From an uncultured Verrucomicrobiae bacterium (lineage in GTDB: Bacteria; Verrucomicrobiota; Verrucomicrobiia; Chthoniobacterales; Terrimicrobiaceae): DNA of 64,000 bases. Shown piece after piece: positions 62,762-64,000 of this stretch. The stretch's first letter is position 1. Every line of letters starts with the position of its first letter. The position numbers were made by a program, and so were the translations under genes. The DNA lies in contig CAVPOC010000011.1 of assembly GCA_963706955.1 (NCBI GenBank), forward strand, positions 19,033 to 83,032, given 5' to 3'. The notes below the pieces were generated by a model. That model was not told the origin of the DNA. It saw only the letters and a list, made by a program, of their open reading frames with translations, and made no database searches.

Positions 62762-63056
62762 ATGGGAGTAACAGATCCATGGCCGAAAGAACCTCTTCGG
62801 GGGTTTTGTAGGTCGTGTCGTCCTTAATTTTAGATTCCAAGTAGGCCTTTTGTTCTTTGGTAAACTCATCTGGCATTTCCTGCTTGCATGACTCCTTGAT
62901 GACTTTTCCCGTGGCCGGAAACTTCACATGGTCATTCAAATGCGTCTTCAGCACTGTTGTGTCACCCCATTTGAATTCATCCGCGTAGCTAATCGATAAA
63001 CCAGATAAGCTAATGCCAACCACGGCAATCAAGCTGACTAAAATTCTTGTTTTCAT
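62760..63056 (-). CDS. Small secreted hypothetical protein
   Basis: Signal peptide MKTRILVSLIAVVGISLSGLSISYA; purine-rich SD; lower GC. Confidence 0.65.
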   Translation of the reverse strand: MKTRILVSLIAVVGISLSGLSISYADEFKWGDTTVLKTHLNDHVKFPATGKVIKESCKQEMPDEFTKEQKAYLESKIKDDTTYKTPEEVLSAMDLLLP

Positions 63057-63190
63057 TCCTTCTTCTTTGTGTCTTTGAAACAGCGTAATCTAGCGATCGT
63101 TGAGGACAAGCCGAAAGCCGCGACTACAGCGATTCTCAATCGCCAATCCGCATCAAATGCTCCCATTGGCTTGCCGCTCTTTCCGGAACG

Positions 63191-63370
63191 AATCACCCCT
63201 TTCTAGATGGAAACAAACGCACCGGCTTCTTGGCGGCTGCACTCTTTCTCGAAGTCAACGCACTCGCTTTCAAAGCCCCCGAAGAGGAGGTTGTCCAACG
63301 CACGCTGGGCTTGGCCGCCGGCGCGATCACCGAAGCCGACTACGCAGGCTGGCTGGAAAAATCCACCTGA
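63191..63370 (+). pseudogene. doc: Doc (Fic-family) toxin, C-terminal half
   Basis: NHPFLDGNKRTGFLAAALFLEVN...LAAGAITEADYAGWLEKST*; not in the ORF track; the upstream frame is not Doc-like. Confidence 0.85.
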
Positions 63371-64000
63371 TCGGAGTTGCGGCCTCACGGGCAAATTCAC
63401 CTGGCCGCGCACATTCCCTTGCCGGCGGATCTCTCCACCGCCCAATCCATCAGGCTGAAAACGACCGCCACGGCGAGTCCGAGCAGAACGGCGACTAGGC
63501 GCTCGCCAACGGCTTGCAGGGATTCTTCCGGACGCGGGAGGATGGTGGCGAGCACGACAAACATGGCAGCCGCCTGTCGAACTACGAGGGCGGAGTCGGG
63601 CTTGTGCCAGGCGATTGCTTCGAGGATTCCGATGACCACACCCATGCCGAGAAGAAAGAAGGCCAGATTGTTCGTCAGGCCGGATATCGCGACGATGAAA
63701 ACGAGGGAGAGGCCGGCGCCGAGGATGCCGCCGAGCGGTTTTTTGACCACTCCATCGCGAGGCAAAGCCAGGACGCAAGTGAGAGTCGCGACCGTCATCA
63801 CCACACTTTGGGAAGGAATGGTCAGACAAGCGAGGACCAGGGAAGCGGCTCCGCAGCATCCGATCAACCAACCACTCGGGATCACAGGAGCCGGTGCGGT
63901 GGTTGGCGGAGGGGCCAGCGGCTGAAGCAGCAGGGTAGCGATCACCGCAATGGACAGCGAAACTCCATGCACCGCACCGCCCAGCAGACCGGCAATCGGA
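63327..64000. repeat. Second copy of 50992-51666; includes the 3' part of a duplicate FUSC-like gene (63397 to beyond 64000, minus strand)
   Basis: Direct sequence identity; offset about 12.3 kb. Confidence 0.95.

Noticed and set aside
1..64000. CRISPR array, tRNA, rRNA or a recognisable riboswitch
   Set aside because: No regularly spaced repeats, T-loop/cloverleaf or rRNA signatures were seen by eye; a covariance-model scan was not possible.

Overview
A 64-kb, roughly 60%-GC bacterial window. The paralogue families (OprB-type porin with a 'DGKS..DRKSGK' linker, small 'AAGF..P' lipoproteins, CTAGR sulfatases) suggest Verrucomicrobiota/Spartobacteria; this is inference only. Bases 1-14 kb are intact housekeeping genes: a peptide ABC transporter, mpg, pncA-pncB, pdxH, an APH-AAA fusion, a PRTase, an L,D-transpeptidase, a cupin and a LarA-domain protein. 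From about 14 kb the window is an accessory region with many frameshifts and gene remnants. It holds (i) a co-oriented 12-kb minus-strand locus of four tandem arylsulfatase paralogues plus HAD hydrolase, L,D-transpeptidase, secreted helical protein, FGE and an outer-membrane barrel; (ii) a regulator cassette (marC / NarL-LuxR HTH / stand-alone REC / lipoprotein) present in four partial copies around gadB; (iii) three Tn3-family-like terminal inverted repeats bracketing a porin and a 275-bp miniature element; (iv) a GMC-gdh-ndh-GH63 cluster; (v) a YtcA-HlyD-FUSC efflux module with a back-to-back TolC, partly duplicated 12.3 kb downstream; (vi) a PLD plus short-chain chromate-transporter operon; and (vii) decayed integrase, terminase, IS1634, Doc toxin, WYL, CHAT and LanB fragments. 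No rRNA, tRNA or CRISPR array was seen. Single-base frameshifts may be sequencing errors. The large deletions and chimeras look real.
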